Below are positions 34,178 to 46,889 of a stretch of 64,000 bases of DNA, one piece after another. A program made the translations under genes and the position numbers. A model generated the notes under the pieces. That model was not told the origin of the DNA. It saw only the letters and a program-made list of their open reading frames with translations, and did not search any database. Every line of letters starts with the position of its first letter. Position 1 is the stretch's first letter. Source of the stretch: Setoptus koraiensis (taxonomy: Eukaryota > Animalia > Arthropoda); assembly GCA_048013815.1 (NCBI GenBank), contig CM106586.1:8618001-8682000 (forward strand). The letters run 5' to 3'.

Positions 34178-34672
34178 CCAACAGCAGTGATGCACAGTGT
34201 AGGCAATCAGCGTGAATTATCCATAAGATTCTATGCAGTTGTCTTGTGTGTCTGTTACCAACTGCTCGGCTTACCGGTTGGTGCGTGCGTTCGTGTGCGT
34301 GCGTCAAAACAGTAGAGAAAGAAATGAATGCCTAATGCAAGTGTGAGTGTGACTGTTGGTTGGGGTTTAATAATCTGAGGTTCATTAGCAATAGATATTA
34401 TTGTCACTATCACTATCACCATATATCACTCGTATTACTAATATTATATTATCACTCTGAACACCTATCGATTCGACATTTTAACCCGTCGACATTGGCT
34501 ACCAATCTAACAAACAAACACAAGCACGCTGACAAACAGACGCATTCGTTCTAAACACACACACACACAATTGATATCAATTGCTAGAGAAGATAGTAAA
34601 TTTAAATCTTAATAATATATTTATATTATTAAATCACGGCAAGACAGACATAGAGAGGCTCACAAGTGAAAC

Positions 34673-37600
34673 ATGTCGAAGGGAAACAAGGAGCAGGCCG
34701 AAAATGACAAATTGCAGTCGGATCTTCACATGCTCGTTGATGTTGTCAAAGAGGGCCAGCCGGCTTTGGTGCCGCCAGCTCTGGATCAACTGAGATCAAT
34801 TATTAGATCGTCTACCACTTCGATGACATCCGTCCCAAAGCCACTCAAATTCCTTAGAGGCAAATACAATGACTTGAAGGCGGCCCACGGCAGACTCACG
34901 GATGAACAAGTCAAGAGGGACCTGGCGGACATTATTAGTATACTGGCCATGACCATTAGTGAAGATGTTGAAAATGCCAAGCTTAAACAACAAGCGGCTG
35001 CACTTGACGCCACCAAAGGAGACACTAACAGTAAGGCGGCCGCTACCGCCACTGGCAGCACCGATGCTGCTAAAAAGCCGTCGGATTCAACCACAAATGG
35101 CTCAGCAGCACCAACGACAGAATCAACAACCAATGGCAAACAACCTGTTTCCTCGGCGCCTCCGCCCACTGATTCGTCAATTGTGCCACCTACTACCGAT
35201 GTACCTATGGTAACTAGTCCCGCACCTGAACCACCATCGCCTGGGCTCGATCTGACCACCACCAAAAAAGACGCCACTACCACCAGTGGTGCAAAAACAA
35301 CACAAAAATCGGGCGCTTTGTCTGCCGAAGAGGAACCGATCAAGTTATCACAAGATGAATCGTTAGTTTATTTACTTATGGGCAACCTTATTGATATTGG
35401 CTGCTGGGGTCACGAATATGTTCGCCATATTGCCGGCCAAATTGCACAAAAGTGGCAATCAGATGATTGTGATCAAACGCTAAGAGATCAATTACTAAAA
35501 TTAGTCCATCAAATTGTACCCTATAACATGAAACATAATTCAGAATCAGAGGCTGTCGATCTATTAATGGAAATTGAACAATTACCTCTTTTAGAACATT
35601 ATTTAGAAAGCGAAGATGTCTGTCCGCGTGTTTGTTTATACCTAACATCATGCGTACCATACGTAGCCGATCCAGATAATATTACAGCCTTGCGTACAGC
35701 CATTAATATCTTTCTTAAATTCGAAAAGTATTCCGAAGCTCTGCCGGTGGCCATTCAACTTGGCGACAAGCAACTCATCGAGAACATATTGAACTCGTGC
35801 CCGGATCGTGCAGTACAAAAACAAATGGCGTTTCAATTAGGCAGACAACAAATATTGTTGCCTGATGTTTCCCAAGATCTATTGGAACTAATGTCTAACA
35901 CACACTTGAATGAGCACTTCATGAGGCTGGCACGCGAATTGGATATTTTGGAACCAAAGACACCTGATGATATATATAAAACTCATCTTGAAAGTTTAAA
36001 TCGTCCCTCTTTCTCAAGCTCAACTGGTAGCGTTGATTCTGCCCGTGGAAATCTAGCCTCGTCATTTGTGAATGGTTTTGTAAACGCGGGCTTTGGTAAA
36101 GACAAAATCTTGTGCTGCGATGATGGAAACAAATGGCTCCACAGACAAAGGGAACATGGAATGTTGAGTGCTACTGCATCACTTGGTCTCATTCTTCTAT
36201 GGGATGTCGACGGAGGTCTATCAACTATTGACAAGTACCTTTACTCAGGCGAGGACAATATTAAAGCCGGAGCTCTATTGGCTTGCGGTATAATCAGTTG
36301 TGGTGTTCGAAATGAATGTGATCCGGCATACGCGCTTCTACACGATCACATCAACAGTAAATCCAATGCTATGCGTATAGGCGCTATAGTTGGTCTAGGT
36401 TTAGCATATGCCGGCTCAAACAGAAATGATGTCATCAATGTACTTACACCAGTACTTCATGATCCAGCATCTTCATCTGAACTAGTTGGTATCGCTGCAC
36501 TGTCATGTGGTTTAATTGCTGTTGGATCCGGAAATGGTGAGGTCACCTCCAACATAGCTCAAGTTCTTTTAGAAAAGACTGACATTCGCGCCGACGATCC
36601 GTTCGCCCGTTTCCTTCCTCTGGCTCTTGGCCTTTGTTACCTCGGCAAACAAGAGGACGCGGATGCCATTCAAGCCACTCTGGAAGCTGTCGAGAATAAA
36701 GCCTTTAGAGCTATGTCTACAACATTGGTTGATATTTGCGCATATGTAGCCACCGGAAACGTTCTGAAAATCCAACAACTATTGCACATCTGCTCAGAGA
36801 ATATTGATACCTCAAAAGCCACCCCTACGGCCTCTACATCGTCTTCTACTGAGGCAAACACTAATGGAGCTGCAAAAGAGTCCTCAAGTGAAACCGGAGT
36901 GAGACAAGCCATAGCAACTCTAGGTATTGCTCTCATCGCTCTGGCAGAAGATATTAGCTGTGACATGGCCTTCAGAACGTTTGGTCACCTTTTAAGGTAT
37001 GGTGAACCGATGATAAAACGAGCAGTTCCATTGGCCTTAGCATTGATATCAGTTTCTAACGCTAAACTCAACATATTGGAGACATTGAGCAAATTCAGTC
37101 ATGACCCCGACACAGAAGTCGCATGCAATGCTATTTTCGCGATGGGTATCATAGGTGCAGGTACTAACAATGCCCGTTTAGCTACAATGCTTAGGCAGTT
37201 GGCAAGCTTTCATCACAAAGATGCAAATTGTCTATTCATGGTTAGAATAGCCCAGGGACTAACACATTTAGGCAAAGGAACACTAACAATGTCACCATTT
37301 AATTCAGATCGTCATCTTTTGTTTCCAACAGCCATTGCCGGTATACTGGCAGTATTGATGTCATTCTTAGATGTTAAACAAACAATACTCCAAAAATCCC
37401 ACTATCTATTGTATTATTTAACGACTGCAATCCAACCAAGAATGTTGGTTACATTCAATGAAGATTTATCACCATTACCGGTAGACGTGAGAGTTGGACA
37501 AGCAGTAGATGTTGTTGGCCAAGCAGGAAAACCAAAATCTATAACAGGCTTCCAGACTCACACCACACCTGTATTGCTGGGACCTGGTGAGAGAGCAGAG

Positions 37601-37696
37601 TTAGCTACCGACGAATATATAGCTCTGACACCCATAATGGAAGGTTTTGTCATTCTGAGAAAGAATCCAGACGCAACCGAGGCGACCACTTCCTGA
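34673..37696 (+). CDS. PSMD2: 26S proteasome non-ATPase regulatory subunit 2 (Rpn1), single exon
   Basis: [29 protein letters not shown] repeats, GTNNARLA and [10 protein letters not shown]...ERAELAT. Confidence 0.97.
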   Translation: MSKGNKEQAENDKLQSDLHMLVDVVKEGQPALVPPALDQLRSIIRSSTTSMTSVPKPLKFLRGKYNDLKAAHGRLTDEQVKRDLADIISILAMTISEDVENAKLKQQAAALDATKGDTNSKAAATATGSTDAAKKPSDSTTNGSAAPTTESTTNGKQPVSSAPPPTDSSIVPPTTDVPMVTSPAPEPPSPGLDLTTTKKDATTTSGAKTTQKSGALSAEEEPIKLSQDESLVYLLMGNLIDIGCWGHEYVRHIAGQIAQKWQSDDCDQTLRDQLLKLVHQIVPYNMKHNSESEAVDLLMEIEQLPLLEHYLESEDVCPRVCLYLTSCVPYVADPDNITALRTAINIFLKFEKYSEALPVAIQLGDKQLIENILNSCPDRAVQKQMAFQLGRQQILLPDVSQDLLELMSNTHLNEHFMRLARELDILEPKTPDDIYKTHLESLNRPSFSSSTGSVDSARGNLASSFVNGFVNAGFGKDKILCCDDGNKWLHRQREHGMLSATASLGLILLWDVDGGLSTIDKYLYSGEDNIKAGALLACGIISCGVRNECDPAYALLHDHINSKSNAMRIGAIVGLGLAYAGSNRNDVINVLTPVLHDPASSSELVGIAALSCGLIAVGSGNGEVTSNIAQVLLEKTDIRADDPFARFLPLALGLCYLGKQEDADAIQATLEAVENKAFRAMSTTLVDICAYVATGNVLKIQQLLHICSENIDTSKATPTASTSSSTEANTNGAAKESSSETGVRQAIATLGIALIALAEDISCDMAFRTFGHLLRYGEPMIKRAVPLALALISVSNAKLNILETLSKFSHDPDTEVACNAIFAMGIIGAGTNNARLATMLRQLASFHHKDANCLFMVRIAQGLTHLGKGTLTMSPFNSDRHLLFPTAIAGILAVLMSFLDVKQTILQKSHYLLYYLTTAIQPRMLVTFNEDLSPLPVDVRVGQAVDVVGQAGKPKSITGFQTHTTPVLLGPGERAELATDEYIALTPIMEGFVILRKNPDATEATTS

Positions 37697-39120
37697 AAAC
37701 TCTCATTTCTAGCCAATGTAACTTGATAATTAATAAAACAAAATAAGAAAATGTAAAATAAATATTTGTATTGCAAGTATAACAATGTGTCTGTGGCTGT
37801 TGGTGGTTGAGCAGTGCGGCTGTTGCTATTGATGGTTGAGCTGCGGTTATTGTGATGCAATGGCAAGCCTCAAAGAATGGAGAGAGAAAGAGAAAATGCA
37901 TCTTGGCGATATCGTTTTCGATTGAGCGATAGAGAATCGCCTGTTAATGATGTATGATTTCGTAGATGTCAAGGTAAAAAAGTGTTTGTAAACAAACAAA
38001 AAATCTGTTTCCTTGTTTATTGGGCGCTAGTTCGATTCGAAGTTACTTAGGACTGATGAGTTCGGAGCGAACTTATAAAGTTAGTGGTTGAGTGGTGCGA
38101 ATAGGCTGTATTGCGCAGCTTTTGTGATTAATCTGGCGCAACAATGCCATCAGCGCATGCTTAGAAGTAGTTGAAAAGAAAATTGAATTTTATACTTGGC
38201 GCCAAAGTGAACACGTACACAGACGCACAGACAGACAGACAATTGGCGAACAATAGGCGGGCCGAAACAAGGCACAGTGTGGAAAGAATTTTTGTGCTGT
38301 GTCCATGATAGACTGTACTCAACTAGCAACTAGCACTGGTACAGTCTGTACTAACTAGCGCTGGTACAGTCACTAGTACAGTGGAGTGCAGCAGCAGCAG
38401 CATTAGCATTGGGCTGTTGTTGGTCGCGGATAGGAGCAGTGGCATCAGCATCATCGCAAGTACGTAAATGTGTACAGCGGCGGCAGCAGCAGCAGCAGTG
38501 TGCGCACAGTGAAGTGTGAAAATTTCAACTGCAAGACAAACAGACACACGCACACACAATAGTTTGTGGCATTCAATTGGCTACGAACAATTTCAAACGC
38601 ACAGGCAGACAGTCACAAGACGGCGACTGTGCTCAGTTTGCAGCGAGTGTTGTTGTGAGGTCGAATAGTGTTAAAAAATTGACAATCCTCTTCTTTATAA
38701 ATAATTAATAATTAAATCACACTTACCTTTCGCAACCTTACACACAGTTTACGTACACACATTGTAGCCCCATTATACGTTATTGTGCGTAGAGCCCGGC
38801 GTCGGCCAATGAATTTCCAGTAGTTTCGATCGGTGAGTCAATCGGCCAATACTGAGACTGATCACACTGACTGTTCGTCAGATTCGAGCGAACGAGTATC
38901 ACACACACACACACACACACACACACATCATCATCATCATCAGGCAGCACCTTGTTGCACCGGCACCATTATCGCCATTATTGCCATTATTGTGGTCATC
39001 GGTTATCCCAGTCCCGGCGAATTGAGGCTCTTCAACAGGCAACCACCGTGCGCATCAATTCTACACACACACGTAATACACAATTAAATAGTATCAACAA
39101 CAACAACAACAACAACAACC

Positions 39121-40425
39121 ATGTCCTCCGATGATCTCTCCGACGGCGATCCAACAATTGATTCCGATGGCGACGACGCCAGCAACGACGGCGACCTCAT
39201 GTACGCGGGCCAGGACGAGGCCATTGCCACACTGGCAGCCACAGGCCTGTACACGAGCCCGGTGGGCATTGCGGCCGGCATGGCCATTGCCTCTGGTTCT
39301 AAGAAGCGAAAACGAAATCATTCATTTGAAACAAATCCATCTATTAGGAAACGTCAACAAACGCGGTTATTGCGCCGATTAAAAGCAACGATTGATGAAT
39401 ACACAACTAGGGTGGGTCAACAGGCTATTGTATTAGTGGTGACGCCACAAAAATCACAAAACAATTTTAAAGTGTTCGGAGCAAAACCGCTGGAGAACGT
39501 TGTCAGATCATGCAAGCAAGTCATTATGAACGAATTAGATAATTGTTTAGCCCAACAAGCTCCACCGCCAGTCAAAGGTGACTCATCAAAGCACGAGCTA
39601 CCCCCATTAGTTGTAGATGGCATACCAACACCCGTGGAAAAAATGACTCAAGCTCAATTGAGAGCCTTCATACCACTGATGCTGAAATATTCCACAGGCC
39701 GCGGAAAACCAGGCTGGGGCAAGGAGTCCACTAGGCCGCCCTGGTGGCCGGAGGGTCTGCCTTGGGCCAACGTCAGGAGTGACGCCAGAAGCGATGACGA
39801 TAAGCTAAAGGTGGGAAATGTGCGTATTATCATATTTTATATCACTATTGTTGCTCTCACACTATTTCACTGTTGCCCAACACTCTTGCCAGAGTGCAAA
39901 CCAACATCACATTGTTGCTCTAACCAACTCACCATTTTCTCCCTCTCTCCATATTTTTTCCCTCTTATTTGTATTTCACTTGCTGTTATCACACTGCCGC
40001 ATATTGTCGCATATTGTCGCCTATTGCCGCCTATCGCCGCCTATCGCCGCCTATTGCAGATATCGTGGACGCACGCGCTTAGGCAAATCGTTACCAACTG
40101 TTACGAGTATCACGGTCGCCAGGATCTTTTACCTGCATTCTCAGAAGAAGACGAAAAGAAGATTTCAACTGTTATTACAACCTCAGCCAACTCAACTTCC
40201 CATAGTAAAGATAAAATCATTTATACACAAAACCTTCAACATTATGCACCAACTGTGGTTCAAACTATTCAGAATCCAGATGGATCCATATCTCTAGCGA
40301 ACACTGATGGAACCATTTCCTTAGTTCAGCTAGATCCTAACATGGGTGTTATTACACTGCCCGATGGTACGCAAGCTCAAGCGATGTTTATTCTTGATAC
40401 ACCTCCTGAAAATCAACAAATGTAA
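39121..40425 (+). CDS. NRF1: nuclear respiratory factor 1 / erect wing-like, 2 exons (39121-39810, 40060-40425), about 351 aa
   Basis: KRNHSFETNPSIRKRQQTRLLRRL, ELPPLVVDGIPTPVEKMTQAQLRAFIPLMLKYSTGRGKPGWG, then SWTHALRQIV after a GT-AG intron. Confidence 0.93.
   Translation: MSSDDLSDGDPTIDSDGDDASNDGDLMYAGQDEAIATLAATGLYTSPVGIAAGMAIASGSKKRKRNHSFETNPSIRKRQQTRLLRRLKATIDEYTTRVGQQAIVLVVTPQKSQNNFKVFGAKPLENVVRSCKQVIMNELDNCLAQQAPPPVKGDSSKHELPPLVVDGIPTPVEKMTQAQLRAFIPLMLKYSTGRGKPGWGKESTRPPWWPEGLPWANVRSDARSDDDKLKVGNVRIIIFYITIVALTLFHCCPTLLPECKPTSHCCSNQLTIFSLSPYFFPLICISLAVITLPHIVAYCRLLPPIAAYRRLLQISWTHALRQIVTNCYEYHGRQDLLPAFSEEDEKKISTVITTSANSTSHSKDKIIYTQNLQHYAPTVVQTIQNPDGSISLANTDGTISLVQLDPNMGVITLPDGTQAQAMFILDTPPENQQM
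40001..40059. repeat. 10-bp tandem repeat (consensus CTATTGCCGC) ending in the NRF1 3' splice site
   Basis: Six units, with the last ending TTGCAG. Confidence 0.85.
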
Positions 40426-40613
40426 TTTAATCCATCACCATGTGTCGATCAATGTTGTAAATATATTCTTATAAAAAACACACACACACACATACAAGTA
40501 ATAATTATCAATGAAATAACTTAAAATTCAAGCAGATACTCAAGTGCTTCGCAGCTTTTAAATCCCAATTTTTTTTATTGCTCACTTATATTGCACCCGA
40601 TATGATAATTGAT

Positions 40614-42056
40614 TCAAGCATTATAACTAGAAGCTGACACATTTCCACCACGCCCTGTCCAATTAGTGTGAATGTGCTCCCCGGGCTTTGACAGTAACTC
40701 GTAAGTGTGGGCACCAAAATAGTCTCGTTGAGCCTGAATGAGATTAGCGGGGAGAAAATCAGAGCGATAACCATCATAAAACGCCAATGCAGTGCTAAAT
40801 GCAGGCGTCGGAATGCCTTTCATCACGGCTTCGGCAATTGTTGTGCGCCAGCTTGTTTGACACTTGTCAATTTCAGCTTTGAAGAAGTCGTCCAGCAACA
40901 AGTTGGTCAGGTTGGAGTTCTTCTCAAATGCTAATTTTATGTTTCCTAAAAAGACACTTCTGATAATGCAGCCGCCCCTCCACATGAGGGCTATGCTACC
41001 ATAGTTGAGACTCCAGTTGAATTGTTTGGCCGCTTGACGTAGAAGCATAAAGCCTTGAGCGTAAGACACTATCTTGGATGCGTATAGAGCTTTTCTGACA
41101 TGTTCGATAAATTCAGCCTTGTTTATGTTGACTTTTGCGTCCTTGGGACCCGACAGAACCTTGCTGGCTTGAACTCTTTCCTGTTTGAGAGCCGACAAAA
41201 ACCTAGCAAAAACAGATTCACCAATGAGAGTTACTGGCATTCCGAATTCCAAAGCGGCAACAGCTGTCCACTTGCCAGTACCTTTCTGGCCAGCAGAATC
41301 AAGTATCTTGCTGACAAGCGCTTCGCCGTCGCCATCGTTGTGTAGCATAATGTCTCTGGTTATCTCAATGAGGAATGAATCAAGTTCGGTTTTGTTCCAC
41401 GCGTCGAAGATGTGACCTATCTCTTGGTGGCTCAAGTTGAGGCCAGCCTTAAGCAAGTGGTAAGCTTCACAGATGAGTTGCATGTCTCCGTACTCGATAC
41501 CGTTGTGTACCATCTTGACGAAATGACCGGAGCCGTCGTTGCCGATCCAGTCGCAGCAGGGTTGCCCGTCTACTTTTGCGGCCACACTTTGAAAGATATC
41601 TTTTATGGCGGGCCAAGCCTGACTGTTTCCGCCGGGCATCAATGACGGTCCGTACCTGGCACCCTCTTCGCCACCGCTAACTCCCGAACCGACAAACAGA
41701 ATGCCCTTGTCTGCCAGACCCTTACATCTTCGTTGTGAGTCTACATATTCGGAGTTTCCTCCATCGATTATGATGTCGCCCTTCTCGAGAAGAGGTACGA
41801 GTTTATCGATGAAATCATCGACGGCGGAGCCAGCCTTGACCAGGAGCATAACACGTCGTGGCTTCTTCAGTTTGGAGACCATTTCGGAGAGGCTGTGCGC
41901 TCCTATCACTTTGGTTCCCTTGGCCTCGTTTGCGAGAAATTGATCGACTTTTTCCGTTGTTCTATTGTAGGCACAAACGATGAATCCGTGATCGTCCATG
42001 TTCAGAATAAGATTTTGGCCCATAACGGCCAGACCAATGAGGGCAATGTCGGCCAT
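40614..42056 (-). CDS. PGD: 6-phosphogluconate dehydrogenase, decarboxylating (480 aa from ATG at 42056), single exon
   Basis: MADIALIGLAVMGQNL, VSGGEEGARYGPS, KMVHNGIEYGDMQ and LIQAQRDYFGAH. Confidence 0.97.
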   Translation of the reverse strand: MADIALIGLAVMGQNLILNMDDHGFIVCAYNRTTEKVDQFLANEAKGTKVIGAHSLSEMVSKLKKPRRVMLLVKAGSAVDDFIDKLVPLLEKGDIIIDGGNSEYVDSQRRCKGLADKGILFVGSGVSGGEEGARYGPSLMPGGNSQAWPAIKDIFQSVAAKVDGQPCCDWIGNDGSGHFVKMVHNGIEYGDMQLICEAYHLLKAGLNLSHQEIGHIFDAWNKTELDSFLIEITRDIMLHNDGDGEALVSKILDSAGQKGTGKWTAVAALEFGMPVTLIGESVFARFLSALKQERVQASKVLSGPKDAKVNINKAEFIEHVRKALYASKIVSYAQGFMLLRQAAKQFNWSLNYGSIALMWRGGCIIRSVFLGNIKLAFEKNSNLTNLLLDDFFKAEIDKCQTSWRTTIAEAVMKGIPTPAFSTALAFYDGYRSDFLPANLIQAQRDYFGAHTYELLSKPGEHIHTNWTGRGGNVSASSYNA

Positions 42057-42623
42057 GTTGTGATATTGACTTGGTTGTGATAGATATGTGGTGATGTAAT
42101 TGTCTGTTGAGGAGCGGCGCGATACACCCAAATTACTAGTGATGATAATAAAATAATGATAGTGCCGGTGCAACAAGGTGGCTGATGATATGTGTGTGCG
42201 TCTGATACTTGCTCTTGGCTGGATGATACTTGCTCTCGGCTGGAAAGTCTCTCTGTAAATGAGAGTCTCAACAATATTGAGTCAATATAAAGTGTTGTTA
42301 CGTGTGTGTGGCAAAGGCGACGGCGTGATTTAATTTAAGGTGGACGTAGCGCACTCTCACTTGTCAGCTCACCGGGTGCCGAGTGCCTTTTGCGTGCGCA
42401 CCATACGAAGAGTACGCCCTCTGCGGGCAGCCCGCACACGCCGCACACCTTGGCGAGCAATGTTGACTTTTGCACTGACAGCGTTTATCCGAGTGACAAG
42501 TGCGGCGCCGTTTAGGCAACGACCACGGCGAGAGTGTCGCCGAGCGAGCGAGCGATGGGGAGCGAGAGTTTACGAGGAAGTTTTTTTTCTCGTGTCGAGG
42601 CACCAACAGTGACTGTTTGTGTT

Positions 42624-42695
42624 GAACAGAGACAAAAACAGAGACAAAAACAGAGACACGAACAGAGACGCGAACAGAGACACGAACAGAGACAG
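42624..42695. repeat. 12-bp tandem repeat GAACAGAGACAC, 6 copies
   Basis: Directly visible. Confidence 0.9.
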
Positions 42696-44592
42696 TGACG
42701 GAGAGACGACGCGGTCGCTGCGTTGTTTTCCTGTTTCATCCGACCGTTGATAAAGGGTGACAGTTCGTCATCTGACAGCGCGCTCTGAGCGGCCTTGCGT
42801 TCGGTTGTCCTCGGCGAGATATTGCACAGCGAGTCACAATGAAACGCACTGTGCAGGCTGTCAGTTCGTTTGACCGACTATTGGCCGACACCCTCCCCTG
42901 TGATAATATTACAATAATAATAGTGACACTGTTAACTGTTGGCGCCCTCGCTTGGGCGCACACTCAATCACGACATGAGTATGAGTGTCGTGTGCCATAC
43001 CGACAAATGCGAAAGAGTGAAACGAGTGAACAGGAGAAAAATGCATTCACGATCACCGATCAATTGGTCGCCGACGGCCGCCAATGGCGCGACTGTTTCG
43101 GGACAGGAAGTGAGCCGACACAATGTGTTCGCACACAATGGCACATACTGTAACAATAGCTCAATTCTCTGACAACGTTCTCTGACTTTGTGAAACTGCC
43201 GCCTCTGCCTGCCGCCTGTACCTGCCGCCTGTACCTGCCGCCAGGTTCTTGATCTTGAACTGGGACATCGCAACTCGCCCGTGGCCTACGGGCCGTAGGT
43301 GAGCTCCCGAGCCGATTCTGGCAATGCGATTGGGCGATATTTTGATTGAACGTACCGAGACAAGTGGCATGAATGACAGTGCGCGATGCTGGCATGGCCA
43401 CAGTCGGTGATCACGGCAGAGGCGAGTGACTTGTGCGAGCGCCACACGAGATGCCAACACTGATTGTTCGTGACAACATAAACTGTGCCAGCGCAACAGA
43501 TTAATTATCTCGCAATCGCTACTTGCCTAGTGTCGCATAATAGTAATAATGCATACATAATGCACCCGATAATTAGCTAATTAATTTTGCGTGGGCGGCA
43601 TAGAACATAATTTTATTCTATCCAGTTGTGACAATGGTTGTAAATAGTCTGTTTATCTGGCGTCACTGGACTGTTGCATGCCAACATTTATCACAACATC
43701 GCGACATGTTGCAAGTTGCGAGAGGCGCCCGATCTCTATATCGGCTCGATGGTGCGATAATCTCCATCTCTCGACAGTCGCTCGTCACTGCACTGTGTAG
43801 TCTACACACCACACAGCAACCAGGCCAATAGTATGGACAAAAGATTATGTTGTGACACAAATGATACAAACAAAACGATCAAAGGTATCGTGTAGATCAT
43901 GTGTCTGTCACCGAGAAGTAGCGTGAGTCTAGCGCAGCACCGTGCACTGTATCAGTGCATGTGTCACCATTGGATGAGAGCAACAATTGGATTAGGGCAA
44001 CAAGTTTGCCACTGGTCGTTTGTTCTCGTCACCTGTCAATCGGACAATTTTTGTTGCTTGATTCTCTAAAAACTTTCATCAGCTGCTGCCACTTCTTCCC
44101 GGGATTTTTGCTTGATTGTCTTGAATGGAAGCTTTCGTTGTTGCCTGTCAGAGAGCTGTATTCTGACAATTTGTTAGTCAGAATTTCTGACAGGCAACGA
44201 CTGGTTGCACTGTTCACAATGTTTGTTTACATGTCGGCGGCGGCCAATGTGCGCGTACGACAACGCGTGCTTGCCATTGTTTATAGTGACTGTTTACAGT
44301 TTGCGAGTGACCAGTTGAGCAGGGTCGTTGTAACTGTCAGCTGTTGCTCAAGAGGGCTCCGTTTGCATGCAATCAAACCGGCGCATTGTTATTGTTTGTC
44401 GCCTTGTATTGAAACTGGCCCTGGTCTGTTGATTGCGGTCGATTTTCAGTCAGTATTTACAATTATTAATAATATTAATATCTAAACTAATATATAATAT
44501 TAATTATCTCTTACAAGCTACTGTTAGCTTTGTATCAATAGCAAAAGAAATCACTGAATCACTGCACAAGCAACAGTAATCTCAGAGCCAGC

Positions 44593-46533
44593 ATGCAAGC
44601 CACCCACAGACAATTACTTCAGTCGCAAATTGAGCCTCTGGCCAGGGCAATTGGCAATTGTGACACAATTAAGCAATTGCTCATCATTAGCGAAACATTT
44701 AACAGGGCCATGATTGAGCGCATAGAGAGCGCCAAAGCGGACACTTTCGACGAGAACGCACTTCTCATTTCGGACCTGCAAACAAGGGGACCAAAGGCCT
44801 TCGAAACATTCGTGCAGATCCTAGAATTGACCGGCTGCATTGAAGCGCTGAGGATAATATCACCCCACAGTCTGAGTGCCTCGTCAAACAACAATCGCAG
44901 CACCACTCACAACAACAATAGCGATGCAAAGATAAAAAGTTACCCTCTCGGCATGTTCGCTTATAACTTTGTCAGCGACAATTCTCAACAGTCACAAGCA
45001 CAACAAGACACGCGACAGTCCCTTACACCGAATCGAAGCGGAGATGACGCCAATGAGCATTCGAATGGGTATAAAAACAATTGTTCCAGCAATAATGATT
45101 CGCTCGTACAACAAATGGGCCAACACCAACAGCAAACATATCGGCAACAACAAATGGGCCTCTTTCACTGGCATCCGTATCAATCGAGCTTGTCGCCATC
45201 AACTGCAGTTATGGCGCCCACTAGTGGCCTGTCGAGACTTATCAGAGACGACACAGACAAGGAAAAAAACAACAAAAAAGCAACTGCCACCACAACCACC
45301 TCCGGCAGCATGACCATCGGATCGCGGACAGCGCCCAAGGCCATGTCGATGAAAAACTCCGTTGTGTGTCACAATGATCAAGTTGAAGACTACAAAATGA
45401 CCGCCAAACCCAGAGGAATGTGCCTAATTATTAATAATATGAAATTCGATGGTGACATACTGGCGGAGCGGAAAGGATCGGACGTGGACGCGGACAGGTT
45501 CGCCACCATATTCAAGCAACTCTGGTTTGAAGTGCAACATGAGCTCAATCTCACTGCCTCTGAAATGGAGGACACAATTGACAAATTTGCTACTATGTGT
45601 AGCCAGGATCACGATGCAGTCATTGTCATCATATTGTCGCATGGAAGCGACAGAGGACTGTATGGCAGTGACGGCCTAGAAATGGATCCCACCGATGTGT
45701 TTAGTCGCTTCGACGACCAACGTTGCAGACCGATGAAGGGCAAGCCCAAGATATTCATATTGCAAGCCTGCCGAGGAAGTAAGTAGTTACCGATTTACTT
45801 AATTGCTGGTATTGACCTGCAAATATGTCGACAATAATTGATGAGCTAGTAGAGACATGCCCAACTAATCACGCACCACTGATCTTCATCATGTTTAATT
45901 GCAGCCAACACCGATTACGGAGAACTAGGCCAAGTTGTTTCGGACGAAGATGAGGATGGTGCAGACGCAACAATGAATTGCACTAGAAATAGGCCGCCAC
46001 TTTTCTCGAGATCCATCGAGTTTTCCAATGCCAGAGGCTCTTTCGCAACCCAAACTGATATGCTCATTTGTTATTCGTGTCTGCCAGGTTAGTCGTAATA
46101 ACATCTATATTTATATATATATACATATATAGAATATCTGAGTCGATTAATTAATACTAAGATTATCCGCAAAAATAATCGATATTCCAATTGTAGGCTA
46201 CGTTTCAGTCAGAAACGAGGTTACCGGCTCTTGGTTGGGGACAGCATTGGGCTATTACCTATTGACTTGTGCATGGGAGAAAGATTTTGAACAAATTTTA
46301 GCCATGGTAAGTGCGATTACGCCATTCATTCGTCTAACAAGTTGATTAGTTAATTGAACCAGTATTTTTTCCATTTTTGCAATTCATTTATGAATAAATC
46401 TATGATCAAAATTGAACAGGTCAGCAGAGATTTTGAGGGAAAAGTTTCCAGTCATGGTCATAAACAAGCGATTGAAATAAAATATCTTGGATGGAGAAAG
46501 AGATTGTTTTTCAACCCTGGTATTTACCAATAA
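44593..46533 (+). CDS. CARD-containing initiator caspase (caspase-2/Dronc-like), 4 exons (44593-45778, 45905-46087, 46197-46306, 46420-46533), about 530 aa
   Basis: N-terminal CARD-like region (DLQTRGPKAFETFVQIL), RKGSDVD, ILSHG and QACRG. The small subunit DMLICYSCLPGYVSVRNEVTGSW...RLFFNPG was reconstructed with phase-consistent introns. Confidence 0.92.
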
Positions 46534-46889
46534 TAAGCCGTCATAAATTGATATGTTCTAACGACTATTAAAAGCTTCACTGTTATTTAGGTATTTCATG
46601 TGCTTTAATTGTTTGTTTATTACATATTTTTTGTCTCGCAATGTATTCAAAATGGAAACGACCCTTCGGCGCTTCTCTGCTTCAACACAAATGTGCCATT
46701 AACAACTTGGTTGAAATATTTTCTTGACAGATGCAAATTGTTCTGGTCAACTCAATGAATTGGCTCTCACGAGACTATTACCCGATGACTGGATGTCTCT
46801 CACACGTTTGGGGTGGTGGAGTTGGTGTTTGCGTTGGAGTAAGAACCATTGATATAATTACCTCGAGCTCGCATTGCTGGCGCTGTTTA

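Noticed and set aside
42340-44485. ORFs 42839-43153, 43663-43869, 43955-44485 and 44029-44217 as small secreted or Cys-rich proteins
   Set aside because: No consistent exon structure or motif; probably promoter or UTR sequence between PGD and the caspase. RNA-seq would decide.
1-46533. SPATA2, the optineurin-like gene and the caspase as an immune or cell-death gene cluster
   Set aside because: They are separated by many unrelated genes; proximity in a compact eukaryotic genome is most likely coincidental.
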